A DNA stretch of 63,758 nucleotides, filler included, from Octopus bimaculoides (GCF_001194135.2; 6 parts of 6 records of this genome joined end to end with filler, not necessarily neighbours in it), one strand, 5' to 3'; positions 49,067 to 61,401 are shown, numbered from the whole stretch's first letter. Program-made: numbers and translations. Notes: generated by a model not told the origin, from the letters alone.

Positions 49067-49599
49067 GCCAGCCTGTCTATCTGTCTAGTAAACATATTAC
49101 AATAAAATGAAACTGTTCCGCACATAGAGGTTGACGTGATTGCAGATATTTTCTAGAACCGTATCAGAAGTAGTCACCGTTTAACGTTGCTTCGTTTAAC
49201 ATCGTTTCGTTATAATATTGATGAGAAATAATGTAAAACAAAATAGCATAAAAATTCATCTGCTGTTCGTCTCTCATATTTGATTTTATTTTCTTTCTTT
49301 ATAACTTATGCTTTTGTTTTCAATAACATAAAGTAAACGAATAATGATAATTAAAAAAAAAAACACAAGTCACTCGCTTTTGCTTGACGATCGTCACCTA
49401 ATGCTAGAATCTTTAAAATGTCTACCGTCAACTTCACAGATACATACATACATACATATACACACACAGAGAGACACACATACACACACACAGAGGAACA
49501 CGCGCGCGCACACACACACATAAACATTTTCAAGTTACGACAAAACGTAAAATATAATAATAATAAACAATAACGACCAATGAACGAAATGGCATTTAC

Positions 49600-49644
49600 C
49601 AGATAATACACTTCTAAAGCAGGCTCAAGTTGATCTTTATTCAT
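49600..49644 (-). CDS. Exon of unknown minus-strand gene (45 nt, phase 0-0, MNKDQLEPALEVYYL)
   Basis: Acceptor aaaacttttaattag, donor CTG|GTAAAT; only phase 0 open; matches the phase of the upstream exon. Confidence 0.55.
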
Positions 49645-49850
49645 CTAATTAAAAGTTTTATAAATAACTCTTCTTTTTTTCTATGGAGAACAAAGTGTTA
49701 CCTTTACGATTTTCGACTAGCAATTTGTTTTCTGCTGGCCTTTCGACACGGTATTAAATTAAAATTATAATAAATTGTGACCAATAAATAAATGCAGAGA
49801 AAGAGAGAGAATGTATAGATTAAGGCTAAGAGGCCGAGTTGTGGACTTAC

Positions 49851-50020
49851 TCTACGAAGTGTATCAGATTTAAAATTAGCTAGATTTATGCTGTCGTCTG
49901 GCTTTGAACAGAGTGGTGGAGGTAGAAAGTGGTCCGTACAATTTTCAGTTTGCAAATATTTGCTCTGTGAATTATGCCTGTAGCAATGGCGGTTACACGT
50001 CGACTGTGCACCATTGCCGT
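49851..50020 (-). CDS. Exon of unknown minus-strand gene (170 nt, phase 1-0, GNGAQSTCNRHCYRHNSQSKYLQTENCTDHFLPPPLCSKPDDSINLANFKSDTLRR)
   Basis: Very strong acceptor tttttacctttttcccacag, consensus donor AGA|GTAAGT, 56 open codons. Confidence 0.75.
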
Positions 50021-51872
50021 CTGTGGGAAAAAGGTAAAAAAATAAATTAAGTATAACAAGAGATATTATATTCTTAATAATAAACTGCCATATTTACAGT
50101 GAAGAGTGAGATTTAACACGATGGCTTGCATATTTATTCTTGATATGCTCCAGCAAAATGCTTAACCGCATTTCGTCCCGTCTTTACGATCTGAGTTCAA
50201 ATTCCACCGAGGTCAACTTTGCCTTTCATTCTTTTGGGGNNNNNNNNNNNNNNNNNNNNNNNNNNNNNNNNNNNNNNNNNNNNTTAATTAATTAANNNNN
50301 NNNNNNNNNNNNNNNNNNNNNNNNNNNNNNNNNNNNNNNTATATATATATAAGCATGTATGTATGTATGTATGTATGCATTGCATATATGTATATATCCT
50401 TATATATATGTATGTATATATCATTATTCATATATATACAAATATAAAGATCCACTTACATATGGATTACATATCTATCGTATACATATATATTTCTTTA
50501 TACACGTATCTATATACATACATATATGTAATACACGCACATACACACACATATATATATATCAAATTTATATTATATATATATTATATATAAGTTATAT
50601 ATGTACATTATGTATATCTATGTACGTAAGTAGGTATAGAGATTCGGCGGAAAGGTGTTTGTCATTGTTTCTTTACGTATATATNNNNNNNNNNNNNNNN
50701 NNNNNNNNNNNNNNNNNNNNNNNNNNNNNNNNNNNNNNNNNNNNNNNNNNNNNNNNNNNNNNNNNNNNNNNNNNNNNNNNNNNNNNNNNNNNNNNNNNNN
50801 NNNNNNNNNNNNNNNNNNNNNNNNNNNNNNNNNNNNNNNNNNNNNNNNNNNNNNNNNNNNNNNNNNNNNNNNNNNNNNNNNNNNNNNNNNNNNNNNNNNN
50901 NNNNNNNNNNNNNNNNNNNNNNNNNNNNNNNNNNNNNNNNNNNNNNNNNNNNNNNNNNNNNNNNNNNNNNNNNNNNNNNNNNNNNNNNNNNNNNNNNNNN
51001 NNNNNNNNNNNNNNNNNNNNNNNNNNNNNNNNNNNNNNNNNNNNNNNNNNNNNNNNNNNNNNNNNNNNNNNNNNNNNNNNNNNNNNNNNNNNNNNNNNNN
51101 NNNNNNNNNNNNNNNNNNNNNNNNNNNNNNNNNNNNNNNNNNNNNNNNNNNNNNNNNNNNNNNNNNNNNNNNNNNNNNNNNATATATATATATATATATA
51201 TATATAAACGAAAACTTTTTTAGTTTTGTTAATCTAATCTTGAATCTTACTTTTGCCAGTAGAAACCTTTAAAAGATGCTTTAGTAAAAAAAAAGAAAGA
51301 GAGAGAGAAAAAAGAAAGAGAGGGGGCAAAAGAAAAAAAGAAACATATAACTTTGAAGTTCTGGTGAAAAGGAAATAATGCTTTATAAAATAAGTGGGAT
51401 AACAGACAATGGATAAAATGTGTGTGCTTCAGTGATTATGCAGTATTCAAGAATGTTTTGCAGTTCTGTGCTCTGAAGACTATGAAAAATTACGAGTATC
51501 AAATACACAATGTATGTTCAATGTACGATATATGCATGCTATGTGCGTACGTGTATGGACAGAGGTATGTACATACACACATGCATATAACTATAATACA
51601 TTCGTATATTCTTATATTGTTATATGAATACATATCTATATATATACAATTATGTGTACAGGTATTTATGTATTTATATTACCAGTGTGCTTGTAAGGAA
51701 TGTATAATATACACGTAAATACGACTTGCATTTTTATATGAAAAAGTGTAGGCAATGGATAATATAGACTATTTATTCGTCTGAAGGTTCTCCCCCGTTG
51801 CTTTTTCTTAGTCTTGCATTTTTCGATGTCTTTCAGACTAATGTAAAAAGTTTATACATATATATATATATA

Positions 51873-51903
<31 letters not shown>

Positions 51904-51914
51904 AATAGACATGA

Positions 51915-52290
51915 GTGGGTGTGTGGTTAGGAAATTTGCTTCGCAATAACGTAATTTCAGGTTCAAACCCACTTCGAGATGTTTTGGGAAATCATCATTC
52001 ACTATGGCCCAGAACCTCCAGATGCTTCATTAGTCAATTTAAAAGAGGGAAAATGTGTAGCTATCCGTCATATATAAATATATATATATACACATATAAA
52101 CACGAACGCGTTTCTGTGTCTGTGTCTGTGTCTGTATGTGTGTCTCTGTGTGTGTCTTTGTGTTTGTCTCCAGCACCGCTTGACAACTGGTTTGCTTACG
52201 TTCCCATAAATTATCGGTTAGGTAAAAAGGGACGAGTTCAGACGGTGCTCCAGCACGGCCGTAATCCAATGTCTGAAACAAATGAAAGCG
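51915..52290 (+). mobile_element. SINE family A, diverged copy
   Basis: gtgtgtggttaggaaatttgcttc...ggttcaaacccac and caccgcttgacaactgg...ggtgctccagca.ggccg. Confidence 0.75.
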
Positions 52291-52638
52291 TAAAAGTGTA
52301 TACATTAACTCATACCCAATGAATTTATATGTAAGGAATGTATCATGTATATGCCTTAAGTGTTCAAATTGTAACTAAAAATGTTGCCTTACTTCAACGG
52401 TGCGTTGCTATAAACAGATTTCTTCATAATAACCTTAGTGTTTCTAAGTCTTACAATATTGCTGTCGAACCTGTTGATATTAGGAATAATTTTCTTACGA
52501 TTGCATTTCATTGGCCTCTTGTTTTCTTTTCAAATTATTAATATGAAAATTGAAACTTTACATTTTTAACTTTTCCTGATAGTACAATTTCGTAAAAGAT
52601 TTTGAGCGTTCTCATAATTATGTGTATGTATGTATGTA

Positions 52639-52955
52639 CAGGGTGCGATGGGTAAATTGTCTCCATTTTATATTTTTATTTCGCGGATGTTGGTCTCCGT
52701 CTGTGATGAACTAAAGGCAAGGATTATGGCAGCATTCACGAACCTAAACAAGGAGATCGTCCAGAAGAGTTGCAGGAGATTCCGAAATCGTCTGGAGGCC
52801 GTGGCTGAAGCCAATGGCGATTTTATTTAATAACTTTATTGTTTAGTATTTCAAAAATTTATGCAATTTTGGTAAAAAAAATTATGTTAAAATGAAATGT
52901 CAGCGTTACTTTCATTTTTACATAATTTAGACGACAATTTATTCACTGCACCATG
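52639..52955 (+). mobile_element. Internally deleted mariner/Tc1 element (317 bp) retaining the transposase C-terminus
   Basis: TA|CAGGGTGCGATGGGTAAATTGTC versus reverse complement TA|CATGGTGCAGTGAATAAATTGTC (18/23 by eye); DELKARIMAAFTNLNKEIVQKSCRRFRNRLEAVAEANGDFI*. Confidence 0.85.
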
Positions 52956-53446
52956 TATATATACATACATACATATATATATATATATANNNNNNNNNNN
53001 NNNNNNNNNNNNNNNNNNNNNNNNNNNNNNNNNNNNNNNNNNNNNNNNNNNNNNNNNNNNNNNNNNNNNNNNNNNNNNNNNNNNNNNNNNNNNNNNNNNN
53101 NNNNNNNNNNNNNNNNNNNNNNNNNNNNNNNNNNNNNNNNNNNNNNNNNNNNNNNNNNNNNNNNNNNNNNNNNNNNNNNNNNNNNNNNNNNNNNNNNNNN
53201 NNNNNNNNNNNNNNNNNNNNNNNNNNNNNNNNNNNNNNNNNNNNNNNNNNNNNNNNNNNNNNNNNNNNNNNNNNNNNNNNNNNNNNNNNNNNNNNNNNNN
53301 NNNNNNNNNNNNNNNNNNNNNNNNNNNNNNNNNNNNNNNNNNNNNNNNNNNNNNNNNNNNNNNNNNNNNNNNNNNNNNNNNNNNNNNNNNNNNNNNNNNN
53401 NNNNNNNNNNNNNNNNNNNNNNNATATATATATATATATAGCTTAC

Positions 53447-53505
53447 CAGGTGATGGTGGTTGGACTCTAAGTAGCGGCGAAGGCAACACATCTAGATCGA
53501 AAATT
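53447..53505 (-). CDS. Exon of unknown minus-strand gene (59 nt, phase 2-1, IFDLDVLPSPLLRVQPPSP)
   Basis: Acceptor cactcctccgtttattctactag, donor CTG|GTAAGC; only one frame open; end phase fits exon 50020. Confidence 0.7.
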
Positions 53506-54402
53506 CTAGTAGAATAAACGGAGGAGTGTAGTTTATTGAGATTATGGCAAATATTTGCCTCAATTTTTTGCTATCAGCATTTTTAAAATGGGTGGTTGGT
53601 TCTACATACACTGGCACCACTGAAACCAAATCATCTGTGTGGGTGTATAACAACCAAGCTTTTGGAACCTCATGCCTAAAGATTGGCGTACATACACACA
53701 CACACACGCACATGCACACATACACACACACATATACGCACACATACTACATCTATATGTCAGTGAATCTGTGTACTACTATATCATTATTCCTATACAG
53801 CTATATGGCTTTAAAACACCAATATATCAAAAATATATTTCCCTGTAAGGCGCTAGCGTTCTTAAATGTTTATTAACATTTGTGTCAATGCACATAGCGG
53901 TGCCACAAATAAACCAATATTCCTCAAATTGCCAACTGTTAACTTAGCATATTCTATAGAAAGTGCGAATTCAAAGAACGAATCAAGCATCTCAAAACAT
54001 TTATTACAGCCACAAATACATGGTACGCTTAAAGATAAAGAGTATTGTACTAGATATTGAATCTGAACAGATTTCTAAAGAGAAGGCAAATAAAAATATG
54101 TAAAGAAGTGTATAAAAATATCTGCTACGAGGAATCATTCATGTAGCCTAAGAAATTTTTAAACATTTCTACGTCCTTTTTCAAATAAATTGCAAAGAAA
54201 ACAAACCGACAAAAAATATAAAGCATTTTAATTATTGCTGACAATGTATAAAAGAAATTTGGTTAGTTGAATAGGAAGATGTTGTAGAGTATATTTCATT
54301 AAAAAGTATTTCCTTCAGATCAAATTAAGTTAGAAAAATACAGTGACTGTAGAGAAAGCTGTTTTGCATCAGATCTTCCTTTAGAAAATTAAATAATCTC
54401 AC

Positions 54403-54484
54403 TTTCTTCCATAACAAACACAATTCTTGTCTCCCTCGGCATTCTTGTGAATTTTCAGAATAAAATATTCGGAGCCTATATCTT
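54403..54484 (-). CDS. Exon of unknown minus-strand gene (82 nt; phase 1-2 reads DIGSEYFILKIHKNAEGDKNCVCYGR)
   Basis: Acceptor tttctccttatttttgctacatag, donor AAA|GTGAGA; two frames open, one fits exon 53505. Confidence 0.55.
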
Positions 54485-55214
54485 CTATGTAGCAAAAATA
54501 AGGAGAAATTTTCTATAAAATATCAACAAGTTTAGTTTGTTGTGAAAGAAAATAAAATGGAAAAAAAAAATCTACAATTTGTTTTTCGAGCATTTTGTAG
54601 TTCTATGTTTGTTGATTTTCTCTAAATCTGCCATTCATGGAAATGAGCTTCCAAAATGTTGAGATCCTTGCTGGAGTTTTAAATTTATATAGAAATGTTA
54701 TGCAAACTGAATTGACCAGTTTTAAAAGAGGAAAGAATTTTGTCATTAGACTGATATAGCAATGAACCTGATGCATTCAGAACACGTTACAGGATCATTG
54801 ATTTCTTAAAAGATATTCCTTTCACGCACCAATCCTGTGAATAGCTTCAGAAATATAGTATTTGGTAAGTTGCAGATCTTAATTAACATATCAGCTAGTT
54901 CTTATTTTACTAATACATATCTGATACGACATGATAAACATACATATGCATTCCTCTAAGCAAAAGGACTTAATACTAACGGCAAAAACATTTATATGTA
55001 AGTCACTATATCGCACTGTCGCACCTGCATGAAGTCAAGCAGTGCGTTACTAGATTACATGGTGTGGTCATAGATATCCAAAAGCCGGGATGGTCACAGC
55101 TGAAACGCATTTGATAACAGGTCTATTTCAATCAGGGTTTGCTTCAGGCTAAAAAAAATAAAAAGAATCCGGTTACATTAAACAGTGGTATTGAAAGCTA
55201 CTCGGTTTTAGGTT

Positions 55215-55470
55215 TACCTCTTTTATCTTTTACTTGCTTCAGTTCCTGGACTGCAGCCGTGCTGGGGTACCGTCTTGAAGGGTTTACGAGAACAAACTGA
55301 CCATATAGGTGCAGGAGTGGCTGTGTGGTAAGTAGCTTGCTTACCAACTACATGGTTCCGGGTTCAGTCCCACTGCGTGGTACCTTGGACAAGTGTCTTC
55401 TACTATAGCCTTGGGCCAACCAAAGCTTTGTGAGTGGATTTGGTAGACGGAAACTGAAAGAAGCCCGTCG
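55215..55470. mobile_element. SINE family A pieces: 3' part on minus (55215-55295) abutting 5' part on plus (55305-55470)
   Basis: Matches to 40700-40770 (reverse complement) and 40359-40520. Confidence 0.85.
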
Positions 55471-55591
55471 TATATATGTATATATGTATATNNNNNNNNN
55501 NNNNNNNNNNNNNNNNNNNNNNNNNNNNNNNNNNNTTAATTAATTAANNNNNNNNNNNNNNNNNNNNNNNNNNNNNNNNNNNNNNNNNNNN

Positions 55592-55623
<32 letters not shown>

Positions 55624-56390
55624 GGACAACTTGTGAGGGGAATTTGGTAGGTGGTTGGAAACTGCACATATGCCTGTCTCACACACACACACACACACAG
55701 AAGTGTTCTAGTAGTTAAATCACTTCAGTCAATCTTAATAATTAGAGCTGTAGTAATTAGAGTAGACTGTCTCACTTAAAAAACAAACAAACAAATGCAA
55801 TACATCTGCACCAAATTCACCTTTATCTATGTTTTATATATATATATGGTCTCCTTCTTATAGGATCTGCTGACAAGATAATACATATTCTAATGTTGAA
55901 AATAAAATATATTTTGTAAATTAGGATAACGATAGCATATTTTTCAGGTCAGCATGAAGTTCATCTGAATAACCATAGTCCATATTAGAAAGGGTGGATA
56001 CCCGAGTAATTTCCAGAGTAATATCCCTTGTAAGGCACACGAGTTTAATAAGATGCTTAAAAATATAAACATTGTCTGACATGCACAAATAAAAAGAACA
56101 TAGCTCCAATAATGGACAGAGATGACGACTGTTGAAGAGGTTGCAAGAAGCAATGAAAAGTTTGAAAAAAAAAATAATGAGTGGAAATTGAACTGGTGAG
56201 TGTGTTTGCTAAATAAGGCATTAAAACAGAATGACTCTCCCCAGACACAAAATTTGGAAAGTAGGCTATTTTTAATAGCAGATTTATCAGCAAAAGTCGT
56301 AATATTTTCAAGATATTCCGTTTAGTATCAAATCAAGCTTCACATGATGAATTTTATATGTATAATCACAAATTTAAACAATCGTAATGC

Positions 56391-56888
56391 TTAGCTTTGT
56401 ATAACAGCTTTGTCAACAGAATTGCTATACATGCAGTTATATGACTTGTCACCAATGCAGATATTTTCCAAGTCTGAAGAATTTGATACGTAATCGTTTT
56501 TGCCAGTAACAAAATCTGTAAAGGATTTTTCATCTTTATCATGATGCTTCATACAAGTGAAACTTGGAACTGCCCGAATGTAAGGGCTAGATTTTTGATC
56601 TTCATTACTTTCTTCGGAAGGTGCTAGTTTCTTAGCACCACAGCTATCAAAACTAAAGTCCATTTCTTTATATCCATAATCCATTGGAATTTCAGTAAAC
56701 TGTTCTTTAGAACTATTATTTTGAAGATCAAGAAGACCTTGGACATTTATATCTTTGCTTTTAAAATCATTTTCTGAGCTCACTTTTTCACATAAATACA
56801 TTTGATTGCATTCACTTTCTGGAGAAGGCTCTGAACACAACTTGGCTTTTATTAAAACAGAAGAACTGTCATAAGCTTCATCATTGAT
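56391..56888 (-). CDS. Large, probably terminal coding exon of an unknown gene (165 aa, Ser/Asp/Glu/Lys-rich, INDEAYDSSSVLIKAKLCSEPSPESEC...KAVIQS*)
   Basis: Strong acceptor tttttttccttatctgatttttcag; 498-nt open frame in AT-rich DNA ending TAA; ATTAAA on minus at ~56271-56276. Confidence 0.75.
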   Translation of the reverse strand: MNDEAYDSSSVLIKAKLCSEPSPESECNQMYLCEKVSSENDFKSKDINVQGLLDLQNNSSKEQFTEIPMDYGYKEMDFSFDSCGAKKLAPSEESNEDQKSSPYIRAVPSFTCMKHHDKDEKSFTDFVTGKNDYVSNSSDLENICIGDKSYNCMYSNSVDKAVIQS

Positions 56889-57029
56889 CTGAAAAATCAG
56901 ATAAGGAAAAAAAAAAAAAAATGAAATGAATAGAAAAATACTGATATTAATGAAACAGACAAAATGAAAAAAAAAAACCTTAAATGCACTTCTTATTTTT
57001 AAATAAATCTAAGGCACTCTGGACAATTT

Positions 57030-57170
57030 CTTCCAACTCTTATGTTCTGGGTTCAAATGCTGCAGAGGTCAACTTTTGAGTCAACAGTTAAGCAATGGGT
57101 TCTATGTAATTTACTTACTTATTCTGTCAAAACTGCTGGCTTTGTGCCAAAATTAGAAAGAATTTAGTAA
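57030..57170 (+). mobile_element. SINE family B, decayed; further copies at ~60750-60880 and ~60940-61140
   Basis: gttctgggttcaaatgctgcagaggtcaactttt; gagttcaaattctgccaagatcaaactttgcc. Confidence 0.7.
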
Positions 57171-57699
57171 AATCTCAGCATGTATGTTGTTCATTAGAAA
57201 ATCGATTATGAATAATTATACTTAATATTTTGGAGATGCAATTGTTTGATAAATGATTTGATCTGAGATCTTGTGTTGAAAATGACACATATTGTATAAC
57301 AGTCATTTTGGTTATTTAAAATCACACAAAAATCACAACATATATTTTTGATACATTTGTTTGACAGCTGCATCAAGAAGTGCCAATCGCTAATTGTGGA
57401 GAGAATGCGTGGAAGGGGTAGACTCAGGAAGATGTAGGACAAAGTGGTGAGAAAAAACTTCAGATGTTGGGCTTCACAGAAAAGTGACAAAGGAGTAAGA
57501 TTTCTGGCAGGTTTGCTTTGCTTGAGAAGACATGTCAAGATAAGTAAAATTATGATTGTTCTTGCATACAGGCATGTCCCCTAAATCCTTCTTAATAATA
57601 CTAATTTTGTCACACCCCTGCAAGCTAAACACTGACATAATTCTGCTTTATTCACTGAACTGTATCAATGACCAGGCTTCAAAAGTCTCACAGAAGACT

Positions 57700-58210
57700 G
57701 TTGTCATCGTCATCATCATCTTATGTCTATTTTCCACGCTGGTATAGCATGGGATGGACAGTTTGACAGGAGCAGGCCAGCTGAAGAGCTGCCTGGGCTC
57801 TATGTCTGTTTTTGCATGGTTTCTACAGTTGGATGCCCTTCCTAATGCCAACCACTTTACAAAGTGTACTGGGTGCTTTTACTCAGCACTGACACAGGTG
57901 TTTTCATGTATCACTGGCACAAATGCTCTTCATGTGGCACCAGCACCCACCAACCTGGAAGATTAAGATCACTCAGCTGAAACTAAATGTAACAGTTTTT
58001 GTATGTTATTAAATGAACTAAAATGACTCTTCAATGATTCACTTGTTCATGCTTGCATGGTCAGAGTTTATTGGGGAAGATTTCTATGGCTAGATGCCCT
58101 TCCTGTCACTAACCCTCACCTGTTTCCAAGCAAGGTAACATTTCTCCATGTCCAGATATGTTCTCACTAAATATTGGAAATTAATGACATTACTTGCATG
58201 AGAGTGACAC
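57700..58210 (-). mobile_element. Two RTE 3'-tail fragments
   Basis: catcatcatc tail then tttccacgctggtatagcatgggatggac and ggatgcccttcct motifs. Confidence 0.8.
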
Positions 58211-58789
58211 TCATTTACATAAGAAAAAGGCTTAATCTGCTGTCCAGTTTAATTTCATCATCAGACCCTTGGGTGCCTTTAGTGAAATCCACAGAGTTGA
58301 CAAGCATTTAGGCCAGATCCCTGGTCTGAGAGTATCTTTCTCTTTCCCTCTCATCAGTCTAGGAAGCTCTGTAAAAGGTTATGTGCACTGTACATAAGCA
58401 AAAGTTCTCTAATCTGTAAAACAAGAGTGGAATGTCTCCAGGAATACTGCTGCTAGCAGAATTATGTATCCTATTCATGGACTCAATCAAAAGTCAATAT
58501 CCTCTCCTTCATTCCTTATTTATGATACATATTTAAAAACAGAAATATTCATAACATTTAATGTATATCATTTGAAAATTCAACAAAAGCTTCAAGCGTT
58601 TTTTTAAAGTTATGTGTTCTTCACTATTTTCCATTCTGTGCTGGTTCAATTCACACTAACTCAAACTATTTATTGATTACACTGTTTAACCAATTTTTGT
58701 CCTTGGGTAGTAACTGTTATTCCTTATTTGCTTACCCCTACAAAGTATGAAAAGTGGTTAATATTTCCTTCAAAATTTGCTTTAGTTAC

Positions 58790-59100
58790 ATTTATTTAAA
58801 TCCCCAAAAATCCCTCTCAACACATGGCTATGATGCTCCCCAACTACTCCTGATCATAATGTCAGCCATTAAGGGACATACTCAAGTAGTTAAGGTCAAG
58901 TAACTGTCAAGCAAATCTATGGTATTGAGCAGAATACTTGCTATAACAATATTTCTGCTTCAGCAACTCAGTGCTGCATCTGTTTGAAATGTAATGTAAA
59001 ACATTGCTGTCCAGGTCACAAAAGCAAAGTTTGAAGGGAACAGAAATTATTTCCTTTGATTTCGAGACAGAAGCAAATATAAAATAACACTTGCTGACCA
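58790..59100 (-). repeat. Dispersed family D copy
   Basis: Reverse complement of 41330-41660. Confidence 0.8.
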
Positions 59101-59280
59101 AAGACTGCGTTTGAGAATTTAAAATCACTTCTTTAACTTTCTAAGATATCTCAACCCTTCTAAAAGCAAACTTCGTTTGTTTGTTTGTTCACGTTTATTG
59201 TAATTTGAATTTAACATATGATAGCGTCTCATAAAACAAGATTTCTATACATCTTAAATTTGCAGAGGAATCTGTAGTGG

Positions 59281-59355
59281 GGGAGTTTAGCTCAATCAGT
59301 CAGAGTATCGTGACGCGTAATCACGGAGATGTGAGTTCGTGTCCCACAGCTAACC
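59281..59355 (+). pseudogene. Decayed tRNA gene (anticodon loop reads CGT, Thr-like)
   Basis: D stem GCTC:GAGT, anticodon stem CGTGA:TCACG with 7-nt loop CGCGTAA, T arm GTGAG-TTCGTGT-CCCAC, acceptor stem with two mismatches, U33 lost, T6 run at 59364-59369. Confidence 0.6.
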
Positions 59356-59703
59356 ACCTACACTTTTTTCTGCAAAATAGGTAGGGGCAGTTTATCCTGT
59401 TCAGGCTATATTATTAGCATTATCCTGCGATTGAGAATTTAAAATCACTTCAACTTTCTAAGACATCTCAACGCTTCTAAAAGCAAGCTTCGTTTGTTTG
59501 TTTACATTTATCGTAATTTGAATTTAAAATAAAAAAATAAAACTTTTGTTACACAGTGTTATAAGGATATTAGCAGTGGGCTTTCAATCAATGCATAGGA
59601 CAATTTTATGATACATTTACATAACAATGTTCAAAATGCAACCAAATAATGATTTGTTTAAGAGATCTGGTCACTAAGTTAGAAGGTAAAGACATTAACT
59701 TAA

Positions 59704-60322
59704 CTCTTTGATACCAAATCACTATTTTGAAGTGTTTGTATTCAAGTTAAAACCTTCCATCATAATTTTGTGTAAGAACCTTTGTTAAGTTATGTTATAC
59801 ATACCGTATTAATAAAGCTAAAATGGTTATTTTGTTTAATTCTTCCAAATTTTTTATTTTTTTTACAATGTTTTTCACTGCTTTCACAGATTCTCATGAC
59901 TCTGTCACCATCCAATTCCATTATTATGAATCTGAATTGGGAGCTTGAGTCATAATGAATCTTTCATTAGCTCGTTATACAACCATGGATGCCATTCCTA
60001 TGGATGTGTTGCAGTTCTTCTCTTTATAGAGCTTGGTGATCCTGATCATTAATCTTCTAGGATTCCCCCACTCCGCATCAATGTATCTTACAGTTGGCTC
60101 AGTTGAGCTCTGCTGCTACCTCTCCACAATCCACCATGCTGCAGTCCCATGACTTTGCCATAAACCTGGCAGGGTGGCTGAATGGGTGCTGTGCCTTGCT
60201 AAAGGGTAGTCTGTAACTATACAGGGCACAGTCATCACTCTGTAAGGTATTTTCAAAATACCCACACACCCAATTAAGAGTAAGATATAGACTATTTCAT
60301 TAGAAATATGGTAATGAAAGGG
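59704..60322. mobile_element. Possible piggyBac-like non-autonomous element (TTAA flanks)
   Basis: TTAA|CTCTTTGATACCA ... TGGTAATGAAAGGG|TTAA; imperfect short TIR; contains the 29.2-kb homologous repeat. Confidence 0.45.
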
Positions 60323-60395
60323 TTAAACAAAAAACTCCTTCACTATCTGATGATATGAATGTAATTCAGTATACTATTAAATTTAAGATACTTAC

Positions 60396-60461
60396 ACATG
60401 AACTCAAGGAATCTACATGCATAACACTGGAAACACTATAATATTTATTTTCCGTTTTCCC
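60396..60461 (-). CDS. Exon of unknown minus-strand gene (66 nt, phase 0-0, GKTENKYYSVSSVMHVDSLSSC)
   Basis: Strong acceptor ttttacttttctctttgcag, consensus donor TGT|GTAAGT; in frame with exon 56888. Confidence 0.75.
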
Positions 60462-61401
60462 CTGCAAAGAGAAAAGTAAAATAGGTAACATTTAAAGACA
60501 TCAGAATATTCATTAGAACTGTTATAGTTCAGCCTTTGTTTTAAGTTAACTGCTTTTAAAATAGACAATAAATATTATCAATCAATCAACATCCCTAGCC
60601 ATACAGAGGTTGTATGTAAAGCCCAACAGACTTAACTTTCTCCCTTTAAACCAACTCAAGTTTTCCACTATCTTTTTCTATGTCCATCCCTTGCAATTGT
60701 TCAACCATTCATTTTGTAGGTTTCATATTAATTCATTTACTAAATTGCAAGTTGGAAGAATCATTACTGCACCAGACAAAATATTTAGTGGCATTTCTTC
60801 TTTTTATGTCCTGAGTTCAAATACTGCTGAGCTCAGCTTTGTCTTTCATCCTTTCAGGGTCAATAAAATAATTATCAGTTGAGCAATGAAGGTTTCCCCC
60901 CTCCCTTCAAAATTGCTGGTCTTGCACCAAAATCTCAAAGAATTACAAGAATAGTGCTGCCAGAATTGTTAGCATATCAGACAAAATGTTCAGCAGCATT
61001 TCTTCCAACTTTTTACAATTTGAGTTCAAATTCTGCCAAGATCAAACTTTGCCTCTGACCTTTTGAGGTCAATAAAAGAAGTACCAGTTTAGCAGTGGGA
61101 TCAATGTAATCAACTAACCCTCACCCTAAAATTTGAAATTATATTAATTCATTTACTGGGGATTTACTCATGTGTGACAATATTGAATAGTGTTATGGCA
61201 TCATTGATTCTTAAATGATCTAAGATTTATTTGCATTTGCTAGGTGAAGTGAAACAAGTTGAGAGACTACGAAATGATTGCAAGAGATTTAGACTCACAA
61301 CCCATGAAACAAGTAGTCCAGTACTTTGAGCACTTGGCCATCTTACATCTCTGCATTTGTTATGGCATCATTGAATAGTGTTATGGCATACATAAACACT
61401 T

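Noticed and set aside
55821-55866. 46-nt AG/GT-bounded minus-strand segment with good splice sites
   Set aside because: Stops in all three frames; not called coding (could still be a UTR or poison exon)
61244-61330. Apparent exon-like segment upstream of the MULE ORF
   Set aside because: Minus strand resembles a decayed SINE head (ggttgtgagtctaaatc); acceptor lacks a polypyrimidine tract
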